This document shows positions 1-8,172 of a stretch of DNA of 64,000 nt, one piece after another. Position 1 is the first letter of the stretch; the number at the start of each line of letters is the position of its first letter. Under the pieces are notes generated by a model, which had not been told where the DNA came from, made no database searches, and was given only the letters and a program-made list of their open reading frames with translations. The DNA is from Candidatus Pelearchaeum maunauluense. Its GTDB lineage: Archaea; Thermoproteota; Nitrososphaeria_A; Caldarchaeales; Caldarchaeaceae. The position numbers were made by a program, and so were the translations under genes. Where the stretch lies: the NCBI GenBank assembly GCA_030059675.1, contig JANVYQ010000004.1, positions 121,086 through 185,085 of the forward strand, in the 5' to 3' direction.

Positions 1-20
1 ATTTGACCTGGGGATGTTAG

Positions 21-953
21 TTGGCTGATAATGCGGAGATAATAGCGCGGGATAGGAAGATAGGGACGTTGCTGGTTAATGACGCGGAGATTATCAGGAT
101 ATTATCAACCAGGCGCGGCGCTAGGATAGCTAGGCTGCTCGCTGAGAGGAGTAGCTATCCTGCTGAGATAGCTCAAAAACTAGGTGTGAGCAAGCAGCTG
201 GTCTACCACTATGTAAGTAAGATGGAGAAGAGCGGCCTTATAAGGCCTGTTGACGGGATGCGTGTTAGGGGAGGGCAGGCCAAGATATACAAGATGAATG
301 TTGATGCTGTTAGTCTTGTTCTGAACCCGCGGGGGTGGAAGCCCGCCACCGCTAGGCACATACCTGAGAAGCTCGGCTCCTTCCTCTCGCCTATAGTGAG
401 CGGAGGCCGCCTCAACGGGCTTGTTGTCGTAGGCTCGCCACACCCACACGGCCCGTTTAGGGCTGTAGCCACAGACGGCCACTATGGATTCCAGCTCGGC
501 CTCTTCATAGGGCAATACGCAAAGATAGGCGACGAGTTCGCTGTACGTCTAGATGTTGATGTCAGGGCTGAGAAGCTATACGAGCAGAACATGATACTGC
601 TGGGCGGCCCTGGGACGAATATAGTGACATCCATGATGAACCCGCATCTCCCGATTAAGTTTAACGAGAGCAACTATTGGGCTGGTATAGTCTCGCCCAC
701 GCAGGTTTATACCTACGAGTCATGCGGCTTGATAGCCAAGATACCCAACCCATTCAGGGAGGGTTGTAGTGTTATCGTCTTGGCTGGTCTTAGGGCTGTG
801 GGCACGAAGGCTGCCATAATGATGCTCACAACACGCTACGAGGAGTTGTTGAGGGAGTATGATGGGGAAGATAGCTGGGCTGCTGTTGTGATGGGGATAG
901 ACCTGGACGGCGATGGACGTATAGACGAGGTTGAGCTACTAGAGACGACCTAA
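21..953 (+). CDS. ArsR-like wHTH regulator fused to an alpha/beta domain resembling S-layer C-terminal-type domains
   Basis: N-terminal HTH (SYPAEIAQKLGVSKQLVYHYVSKMEKSGLI); C-terminal ILLGGPGTN and VLAGLRAVGTKAA motifs; DLDGDG loop near the end; TTG start. Confidence 0.75.
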   Translation: MADNAEIIARDRKIGTLLVNDAEIIRILSTRRGARIARLLAERSSYPAEIAQKLGVSKQLVYHYVSKMEKSGLIRPVDGMRVRGGQAKIYKMNVDAVSLVLNPRGWKPATARHIPEKLGSFLSPIVSGGRLNGLVVVGSPHPHGPFRAVATDGHYGFQLGLFIGQYAKIGDEFAVRLDVDVRAEKLYEQNMILLGGPGTNIVTSMMNPHLPIKFNESNYWAGIVSPTQVYTYESCGLIAKIPNPFREGCSVIVLAGLRAVGTKAAIMMLTTRYEELLREYDGEDSWAAVVMGIDLDGDGRIDEVELLETT

Positions 954-1529
954 GCGGCGCTCAGCCTTCTCAAGGTCTTCAGGCGTATCTATGTCAAGTA
1001 GCTCTTCCTCACCAACCTCAATAAGCCCAGCATTATTGATGTGAGCCAGTATCACGCTCTTCGCTCCCGCGTCGCCAGCGAGTTTCATCAGCTCTGGGAA
1101 AAGTTTTCGCGAGAATATGGCTGGGTTCATCGGCTCACGCCCACGCGAAGCAGCCACAACATCATAACCACCATCTAGAAACATGGCTAAGAGCCGTCTT
1201 AGGGTATTTCCCGATACCAGCGGCTGGTCTCCCAAGAGGAGGAGAAGCCCATCAGCCATCGGCTCAGCCCACCTAGCGGCGATTCTTATTGAGGAGGAGA
1301 GTCCCTCCCATGGAGACTGGTTAACCAGCAGCGCGAAGCCCTCCAAGCTGGTGAAAAACCGTTCATAACCAGGCTTGACCACCAGAGCCTTATATCGTAT
1401 ATCTAGTGGAGACAGGCTATCTATTACCCAATCAACAACACGTTTCCCACGTAGTTTCTTGAGGAGCTTATCATCTCCAAACCTGGTTGATAAACCAGCC
1501 GCTAACACCGCAGCGGCAATGTTACGCAT
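939..1529 (-). CDS. mocA: MobA/MocA-family molybdenum cofactor nucleotidyltransferase
   Basis: VLAAGLSTRFG-DKL, LGDQP and DIDTPEDL motifs. Confidence 0.8.
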   Translation of the reverse strand: MRNIAAAVLAAGLSTRFGDDKLLKKLRGKRVVDWVIDSLSPLDIRYKALVVKPGYERFFTSLEGFALLVNQSPWEGLSSSIRIAARWAEPMADGLLLLLGDQPLVSGNTLRRLLAMFLDGGYDVVAASRGREPMNPAIFSRKLFPELMKLAGDAGAKSVILAHINNAGLIEVGEEELLDIDTPEDLEKAERRLGRL

Positions 1530-1586
1530 GCAAGGGAGTTGTTGGTGTGAGAAATATTTAAGATAAATCGCCTATTGCTTGAGGTT

Positions 1587-2000
1587 ATGCTGGGACATAT
1601 CTCAAAGACTCAGGAGCCTGCTACTTGTGTTGTATGTAAGCGCGAAGGAAGGCCTGGGGAGCAGTTTCACTACATAACCGGCCTGGGCGCCGTCTGTATG
1701 CGCTGCGGCCTAGAGCTGGTTGATTGTAGCTCATGTGGTAAGAAGGTTAAGCGAATCACGATTACCGTTTTGAGGGGGAGAGCCTTGTGTCTAACATGCT
1801 ATAAGGCCGAGCGCGAGCGTGGCGAGAAGCGTATCCTAAAAGAGGTGGTGGCGGACAGCCTAGAGGCGTTAATGAAGAAAGTTGCGGAATCAACACCAGA
1901 GGGCTTTAGGTTCGTTGGCGTCAGGCTGAAGACAAGCTCAAAAACAACATGGCAAGCCGAGTATGAACGAGAAGATATCTTTGAAATGAGATGCAGCTAG
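1587..2000 (+). CDS. Hypothetical protein with four CxxC pairs (double Zn finger)
   Basis: CVVC-x19-CMRC-x6-CSSC-x17-CLTC; start at ATG 1587 or TTG 1575. Confidence 0.7.
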   Translation: MLGHISKTQEPATCVVCKREGRPGEQFHYITGLGAVCMRCGLELVDCSSCGKKVKRITITVLRGRALCLTCYKAERERGEKRILKEVVADSLEALMKKVAESTPEGFRFVGVRLKTSSKTTWQAEYEREDIFEMRCS

Positions 2001-2114
2001 AGTATATGGCCGTGATATCTACGCTGGTATTTCCATAAGATTATGAAGCTTATGCTTTGGTTTGAAAGATATTAAATCGGAATCAGCGCAGTAGCGGCGG
2101 CGGAGAATTAAGTC

Positions 2115-2915
2115 TTGAGCGGGGGCTGGAAAAATATCTGGACGCTGTTCAGCAGGCCTGGGGAGCGCATAGAGGTAGTAGAAACAGGCTACGACATGGT
2201 AGATGACCGCGAGGAGTTCAGACTTAGGATAGAGAAATCCCTATCCCAGCTCAGAGGGCAGATTGAGCGGCTCAACAACAAGTACAGAGAACTGGCCGCG
2301 AGGAACAAGCTATATTTCGAGAAATGTATCGAGGCACTGGTAGCTAGGGACGAGGAGAGGGCTAAGATATACGCCTCCGAGATAGCTGAGATTAAGAAGC
2401 TGGCCAAGATAATAATACATAGCCAGCTTGTCCTGCTCCAGATAAGGATTAGGCTGGAGAGCATCCTAGAGCTAGGGGAGGTTCTCGTCCTAGTAAGGCC
2501 GCTCATAACCCTGCTGGAGAATGTGCGCACAGAGATAGCTGATGTAGTCCCAGAAGCTTCGGAAAACCTCCGCTCACTCGCCAACACGATAGAGAACTTC
2601 ATAACCGAGTCCGAGACGTATGTCGAGCCACCGCCCAGCCAGGCTCTTGAAGAACTCTCAGACGAAGCTAACTTCATCCTAAACGAGGCCAGGAGGATAG
2701 CCGCTGAGAAGGTGAAAGAACACTTCCCAGATATACCAACGCTCACAGAGGAGGAGAAGGCAGTATATTCCTACGTGATGTCCAACCAAAATGAGGAGCT
2801 GGACCTGGACGAGTGCGCATCGCAGCTGGGGATAAGACCCGAAAACCTACAGGAGATATTGAGGAGATTGCAGGAGAAGGGACTGATAGAGATACAGATA
2901 GGGGAGGTTAGCTAG
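2115..2915 (+). CDS. cdvB: CdvB / ESCRT-III (Snf7-like) with C-terminal winged helix
   Basis: Snf7 core (LFEKC-like YFEKCIEAL, RAKIYASEIAEIKK, QIRIRLES); MIM2-like FPDIP; C-terminal wHTH (LDECASQLGI...LRRLQEKGLI). Confidence 0.9.
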   Translation: MSGGWKNIWTLFSRPGERIEVVETGYDMVDDREEFRLRIEKSLSQLRGQIERLNNKYRELAARNKLYFEKCIEALVARDEERAKIYASEIAEIKKLAKIIIHSQLVLLQIRIRLESILELGEVLVLVRPLITLLENVRTEIADVVPEASENLRSLANTIENFITESETYVEPPPSQALEELSDEANFILNEARRIAAEKVKEHFPDIPTLTEEEKAVYSYVMSNQNEELDLDECASQLGIRPENLQEILRRLQEKGLIEIQIGEVS

Positions 2916-4023
2916 TCCCATACTTCTCCTGCCATTTCAACAGCTTCTGCATATTCTCCAGAGCTATTGATGGTCGTCTCTTCTTCAGAACTTCCAGAAA
3001 ATCATCCATGGTTATTGGTCTTGGGTTTCCGTCGCCGCTTCCAGAGGAGAAGAGCTCATTAACCACACGAAGCTGTGCCTCCATGCATACGTCATGTATA
3101 TCTGCCGCAGAATAGCCATCAGACATAACAGCGAGCTGATGTAAATCAACGCCAACATCAAGCTTCAAGCCACTCGTATACATGGTGAACAACTGCTTAC
3201 GCGCCTCCAAGTCTGGTAAGGGAACGTAGATGCGCTTCTGGAATCTCCTGATGAATGGCTCGTCCAGATACCAGGGCTTATTCGTTGCTGCTATGACGTA
3301 GATATACTCCTTCTTGCCCTTGCTCAGTATTCCATCCATCTCCTTTACGAGCTGGTTTCTTACCCTAGCTTCTCCCCCAACTTCCAGGAACCTCTCCGCC
3401 GTGAGCGAGTCAACCTCGTCTATGAAGATTATCGCTGGCTTTCCCTTGCTGGCCACCTGCCTGGCCTGGCTGAAGAGGCGTGCCACGTTTCTCTCAGACT
3501 CTCCGAGCCACTTGGACATTATCGTAGCAGCGTCAACGACGAAGTAATGCGCGTCAATCTCCTTTGCTACGGCAGCCGCGAGGAGCGTCTTACCGCATCC
3601 AGGGGGGCCGAATACCAGAATCCCACGCGGCCAACCAAGCGGAAAGAGGTCTGGCCTCCTAACAGGAAACACTATGCTCTGCCTAATCGCCTTCTTAGCC
3701 TCCTCAATATTCACTATGTCGTCCCACGATACCTGCGGCTTATGACGTAGTATAGTGTCGTTGAATGTTACTTTCTGCTGCTGTGTTACTGCTAGCTTAT
3801 GCTGCTCAGCTACCCCCAGCTTCTCAATACGCGCCTCATACTGGCTTATCTTCTCGACGAAGACCTTACGCAGCGCCTGGTCTTGAGTTAGGTTATAGAG
3901 CTTCCACAGCAGGTCTATCGCTTCGCGGTATCTCTTTACAGCCTTAGCTGTCTGTCCTATCCTGTCATAATAAACAGCCTCACGGGCCTTGTATGCTGCT
4001 ATCCTCTCCAGCTCGGCGAACAT
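2908..4023 (-). CDS. cdvC: CdvC / Vps4 AAA+ ATPase with N-terminal MIT domain
   Basis: MIT helices (AREAVYYD...YREAIDLL); Walker A GPPGCGKT; pore loop SKWLGESE; Walker B IFIDEVD; RRFQKR; SD AGGAGGTG upstream. Confidence 0.92.
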   Translation of the reverse strand: MFAELERIAAYKAREAVYYDRIGQTAKAVKRYREAIDLLWKLYNLTQDQALRKVFVEKISQYEARIEKLGVAEQHKLAVTQQQKVTFNDTILRHKPQVSWDDIVNIEEAKKAIRQSIVFPVRRPDLFPLGWPRGILVFGPPGCGKTLLAAAVAKEIDAHYFVVDAATIMSKWLGESERNVARLFSQARQVASKGKPAIIFIDEVDSLTAERFLEVGGEARVRNQLVKEMDGILSKGKKEYIYVIAATNKPWYLDEPFIRRFQKRIYVPLPDLEARKQLFTMYTSGLKLDVGVDLHQLAVMSDGYSAADIHDVCMEAQLRVVNELFSSGSGDGNPRPITMDDFLEVLKKRRPSIALENMQKLLKWQEKYGTS

Positions 4024-4147
4024 CTTTCACCTCCTTCCGCGGCCTATTCTGCTATCAGGGCTACGCCGAGAACGTTATATAGACTAGCCTCGCCCAACCA
4101 GATAGCATTATCCAGGTATTTACTGTATAATCATGATGAATCCAACC

Positions 4148-4600
4148 TCATAATTCTTCTTTCACCGCCGAGAAGGAGACGCATGTTACTGTCTTGCCCA
4201 CACCCTCTATTGAACGGAGCTTATCTATCACCAGGGAACCTATTGATTGCATGGACTCGCCGCGCACTTTCAGCAGTATGTCCCACTCTCCAGATATTAG
4301 GTGAACCTCCACAACGTCATCCATGGCTGCTATCTCTTCTGCAAGTTTCTTCTGCGATATTCCTGAGCCAGGTACGAAGGAGACTAGGATGAAGGCGGTG
4401 GTCGGCTTTCCCATCTTGGCATAATCGAGTCTTACTGTGAATTTCTTGATTATTGACTGGCTTTTGAGCCGTTTTATACGCTCTTGCACGGTTGTTCGGG
4501 GCATCTTGAGCTTTGACGCCAGCGTGGTTATGCTCTGGCTAGAATCCTGCAATAGCTCCTGCAAGATTCGTTGGTCCTTCTCATCTAATTTTGCCTGCAT
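4148..4600 (-). CDS. Lrp/AsnC family transcriptional regulator
   Basis: LDEKDQRIL...TVQERIKRL HTH and RAM domain (ISGEWDILLKV); ATG 4600 preferred over 4645. Confidence 0.9.
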   Translation of the reverse strand: MQAKLDEKDQRILQELLQDSSQSITTLASKLKMPRTTVQERIKRLKSQSIIKKFTVRLDYAKMGKPTTAFILVSFVPGSGISQKKLAEEIAAMDDVVEVHLISGEWDILLKVRGESMQSIGSLVIDKLRSIEGVGKTVTCVSFSAVKEEL

Positions 4601-4722
4601 GCTCTCGGTGTTTCTGTTCCTGGAGGTCGTTAAACTTTCTTTCATTCGTCATTCGTCTATAACGTGGAAGGCAGATAACTAAATACTTTTAAAGAATCCA
4701 CCCCCACCACAAATGAGCAACT

Positions 4723-5769
4723 ATGCCGCAGATAAGGGACGCAGCTATTCACGGTTATGGTGGCTATGTGCCGCGTCTCCGCATAAAGGCTACGGAAATT
4801 GCACGTATCTGGGGTAAGGAGAGCGGCGAGGTTCCCATTAAGGAGAAGGCGGTTGCAGCGATTGACGAAGACGCTATAACTATGGCCATAGAGGCATCTC
4901 GCTACGCTATACGTAGGGCGGGGATAGACGCGGCTAGGATTGGCGCCGTGCATGTGGGGACTGAGTCTAAGCCCTATGCCGTGAAGCCCAGTGGGACGAT
5001 AGTAGCGGAGGCGCTGGGAATAGGCTCTAACATAACCTCGGCAGACTACGAGTTCGCCTGCAAGGCTGGCACAGAGGCGATGCAGAGCATAATAGCTATG
5101 GTCTCTGCTAGGCGTATAGAGTATGGCCTCGCCATAGGCTCCGACACGGCTCAGGGGAGGCCTGGGGATGCGCTGGAATACACCGCAGCAAGCGGCGCGG
5201 CCGCTCTGGTCATAGGGAGAGAAACAAGAGACGCCATAGCGAGGTTTGAATACTCGGTAACCTATGTAACTGATACGCCAGACTTCTGGCGTAGAAGCTA
5301 TGAACGATTCCCCATGCATACTTCACGCTTTACGGGAGAGCCAGCATACTTCAAGCATACGATAACCGCGGTTAAGAATCTCCTAGCGGAAAACGGCTAC
5401 AGCATTAATGATTTTGATTATTTCATCTTTCACCAGCCTAACGTCAAGTTTCCACTAACCGCTGCCAAGATTCTCTCCATACCATTAGCGAAGGTTGAGC
5501 CTGGGATAGTTTCCGATGTTGTTGGCAACACCTACGCTGCCTGCTCCATGCTGGGGCTTGTGAAGGTTCTGGACATAGCCAAGCCTGGGCAACGTATATT
5601 GATGACCTCATTCGGCTCAGGCGCGGGGAGCGATTCCTTCGTTATAACTGTCGGGGAGGGAATAGAGGAGAAGAGGGAGAGAGCTCCTCCATTAGCGGCG
5701 TTCTTCAGCAGGAAGAAGACGATAGACTACGGAATGTATCTGAAGATGCGGGATAAGATAAGGGTGTGA
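4723..5769 (+). CDS. hmgS: Hydroxymethylglutaryl-CoA synthase (archaeal type)
   Basis: GTESKPYAVKP, catalytic EFACKAG, FHQPN, GNTY and SFGSGAGSD motifs. Confidence 0.95.
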   Translation: MPQIRDAAIHGYGGYVPRLRIKATEIARIWGKESGEVPIKEKAVAAIDEDAITMAIEASRYAIRRAGIDAARIGAVHVGTESKPYAVKPSGTIVAEALGIGSNITSADYEFACKAGTEAMQSIIAMVSARRIEYGLAIGSDTAQGRPGDALEYTAASGAAALVIGRETRDAIARFEYSVTYVTDTPDFWRRSYERFPMHTSRFTGEPAYFKHTITAVKNLLAENGYSINDFDYFIFHQPNVKFPLTAAKILSIPLAKVEPGIVSDVVGNTYAACSMLGLVKVLDIAKPGQRILMTSFGSGAGSDSFVITVGEGIEEKRERAPPLAAFFSRKKTIDYGMYLKMRDKIRV

Positions 5770-5772
5770 GAG

Positions 5773-6927
5773 TTGAAGAAGGTTCTCATAGCAGGATATG
5801 GCCTTACGAAGGTGGAGGAGCACTGGGATAGGAGCTTGGAGAACTTGATGGCTGAGAGCAGTCTCAAAGCCCTGGAGTATGCTGGCCTCTCGCGTGTTGA
5901 TGCTGTTTATGTGGCTAATGTGTATGGTGAGGTTTTGCAGGAGCAGGCCGTTCTCGGCTCTGTCTTGGCCGAGGAGCTGGGTATGAGCGGTGTGCAGGCT
6001 TACAGGATAGAGGCGGGAGCTGCATCTGGGATAGCTGCTGTGAAGATGGCTGCTAACGCGATACAGTCTGGAGAAGCCAACGTAGTCCTTGTAACTGGTG
6101 TTGAGAAGCTCTCAGACGGTACGGCAGAGGAGCACTTAGCCCTCACCGCGATGGAGGAGCGCGAAGAATACACGGGCCAGATGGGTGTTCATCAAGCTGC
6201 TAGCGCCGCGCTACTATACAGGCTCTACCTAAGTCGGTATGGTGCTAGGCAGGATGGTATAGCCCAGTTCGCCGTCATAAGCCATGAGAACGCCGTTGGT
6301 GTGTCTCACGCGCAATACCCCTTCAAGGTGGGCTTGGATACGGTTATGAAATCACCCTACCTATCGGAGCCTCTTCACAGGCTTGAGGCAACGGCGGTAG
6401 CTGACGGCTCGGCAGCCATAATACTCTGCTCAGAAGACTTCGCAGCAAAGCTTGACCCGCCCAAGGCGAGGTTGGCCGCGTGTAGCCTAGCAACCGACTA
6501 CGTTACACCATTTGACAGGGAAGACCCCCTCCACTTCCAAGCCCTGGCGCGCGCTACTCACAGCGCCCTAGAGATGGCCGGCGTCTCAAGGGAGCAGATA
6601 GGCTTTCTGGAGCTTCACGACTCCTTCTCAATAGTTGCCGCCCTCTCGCTGGAGTCGTCTGGCTTCTTCCCGCGCGGGAAGGCTGGGGAGGCGGCTCTCG
6701 CAGGAAAGCTGAGCCTCAACGGGGAGCTACCCATAAACACCTTCGGCGGCCTCAAGGCGCGCGGCCACCCTGTAGGAGCTACGGCAATCTACCAGCTCGC
6801 TGAAGCTTATCTCCAGCTAACACACCAAGCTGGGAAGAACCAGCTAGACAACGCTAAACACGCCATGGTGCAGTCGCTGGCAGGCTTGGGATGTGCGGCG
6901 GCGGTATGCATTCTTGAGGAGGCGTGA
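5773..6927 (+). CDS. Thiolase-family protein (acetoacetyl-CoA thiolase-like) lacking catalytic cysteines
   Basis: Thiolase fold motifs GVEK, DGSAA, ELHDSF, GGLKARGHPVGAT; EAGAASG in place of EAACASG. Confidence 0.85.
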   Translation: MKKVLIAGYGLTKVEEHWDRSLENLMAESSLKALEYAGLSRVDAVYVANVYGEVLQEQAVLGSVLAEELGMSGVQAYRIEAGAASGIAAVKMAANAIQSGEANVVLVTGVEKLSDGTAEEHLALTAMEEREEYTGQMGVHQAASAALLYRLYLSRYGARQDGIAQFAVISHENAVGVSHAQYPFKVGLDTVMKSPYLSEPLHRLEATAVADGSAAIILCSEDFAAKLDPPKARLAACSLATDYVTPFDREDPLHFQALARATHSALEMAGVSREQIGFLELHDSFSIVAALSLESSGFFPRGKAGEAALAGKLSLNGELPINTFGGLKARGHPVGATAIYQLAEAYLQLTHQAGKNQLDNAKHAMVQSLAGLGCAAAVCILEEA

Positions 6928-6931
6928 TACC

Positions 6932-7348
6932 ATGTTGGAGTTTGGAATCAGGATACCTAGGTATTGGCGCGGCAAGCCTTTTAGATATCGACTTGAAGGA
7001 TTTAGATGCGAGGAATGCGGCGAGTTCCACTTCTCCCCAAGGCTCGTGTGTAGAAAATGCGGTGGAAAGCGACTGCGCCGCGACAAGCTCTCCGAACGCG
7101 GGAGGCTCATATGCTATACCGTCGTAAAGTCGGCTTCACCAAGCTTTGAGGCATACACGCCCTACATAGTGGGGCTAATCCAGACGGAAGACGGAACCAT
7201 GATAGTGGGACAGCTTACAGACTGCGACCCCGAAGAACTACATGAAGGGATGGATGTTGAGGCTACGATAAGAAGGCTGCAAACCGATGGCGAGAGCAGG
7301 CTAATCGCTTATGGTTATAAGTTTAGACCCGCTATACAGCGCCCTTAA
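6932..7348 (+). CDS. DUF35 Zn-ribbon/OB-fold scaffold protein of the thiolase-HMGS complex
   Basis: CEECG...CRKCG ribbon, PYIVGLI, YGYKFRP; follows the thiolase gene. Confidence 0.9.
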   Translation: MLEFGIRIPRYWRGKPFRYRLEGFRCEECGEFHFSPRLVCRKCGGKRLRRDKLSERGRLICYTVVKSASPSFEAYTPYIVGLIQTEDGTMIVGQLTDCDPEELHEGMDVEATIRRLQTDGESRLIAYGYKFRPAIQRP

Positions 7349-8168
7349 TCTTTTTCCACAGGAGTATTATGGCGTATTCGCGTGGTATGTTGTCGCGCTC
7401 CATTAGGCGCTGCACATCCGCGGTTAGCATGGCCTCTGCTCGCGTGCCGTGAGAGAGCACGTACCTCTTCTTCACCTCCTCCAAAATCCTGTCAGCCAAC
7501 TCCCTAGAAGTGGTTACGTCGTTAATCGTACGCGGCAGCTCTGATATCTCGTGAATCTTCTCCTCAAGCTCCTTAATCCTATTCCTAAGCATGCTAAGCT
7601 CCTGCCGAAGCTGGGGAATCCTAGCCTCCAACTCTTCTTTCAGACCAACATCGCCTTTACTAGAAGCAGTCTCATCTAGTTGGAGTGTGTTAAGTTCTAG
7701 GCTTGCCCAGTAGAGGTCTACCTCAACCTTGCTGAAGCGCTCTTCTAGCTGTGCCTTAGCCTGCTCTAGGATTTCTAGGGTTCTCCGCGAGTCATTAACT
7801 ATCTTGGAGCGTAGCTCGTTTAGCCTGGTTAGTATCTCTCTAATGGCGCGTGGGGGGACGGTCTCACGTATGCATAGTTCCTGGAACTTGAAGTCCCGTT
7901 TCCTTACATTCTCTATGTCTGACTTGAGCTTTTCATAGTGATTGATTGCGCTCTCCACCAAAGCCTCTTCTGGCTCTTCCTCCGACGCTACCTCAAGCTG
8001 CGGCTCAGCCTCTTGCTGCTGTTCTTCGCGAGTCTCTACAGCCTCGCTCACAGGCTCTATGACTGGCATATCCTCGCCAGTAGGGGGCTGGCTCTCCTGC
8101 TTCTTAGCCCCCTCTCCAGAGACTCTAACGATAATCTTACGCGGCATCCGCTCCTCACCGTTTGACAA
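7332..8168 (-). CDS. Coiled-coil protein, putative CdvA-like
   Basis: N-terminal KIIVRV, acidic/Gln linker, long heptad region with VRKRxxxFxELxxxExVP; start TTG 8168 or ATG 8147 (SD GGTGAGGAG). Confidence 0.6.
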   Translation of the reverse strand: MSNGEERMPRKIIVRVSGEGAKKQESQPPTGEDMPVIEPVSEAVETREEQQQEAEPQLEVASEEEPEEALVESAINHYEKLKSDIENVRKRDFKFQELCIRETVPPRAIREILTRLNELRSKIVNDSRRTLEILEQAKAQLEERFSKVEVDLYWASLELNTLQLDETASSKGDVGLKEELEARIPQLRQELSMLRNRIKELEEKIHEISELPRTINDVTTSRELADRILEEVKKRYVLSHGTRAEAMLTADVQRLMERDNIPREYAIILLWKKIKGAV

Positions 8169-8172
8169 GCTA

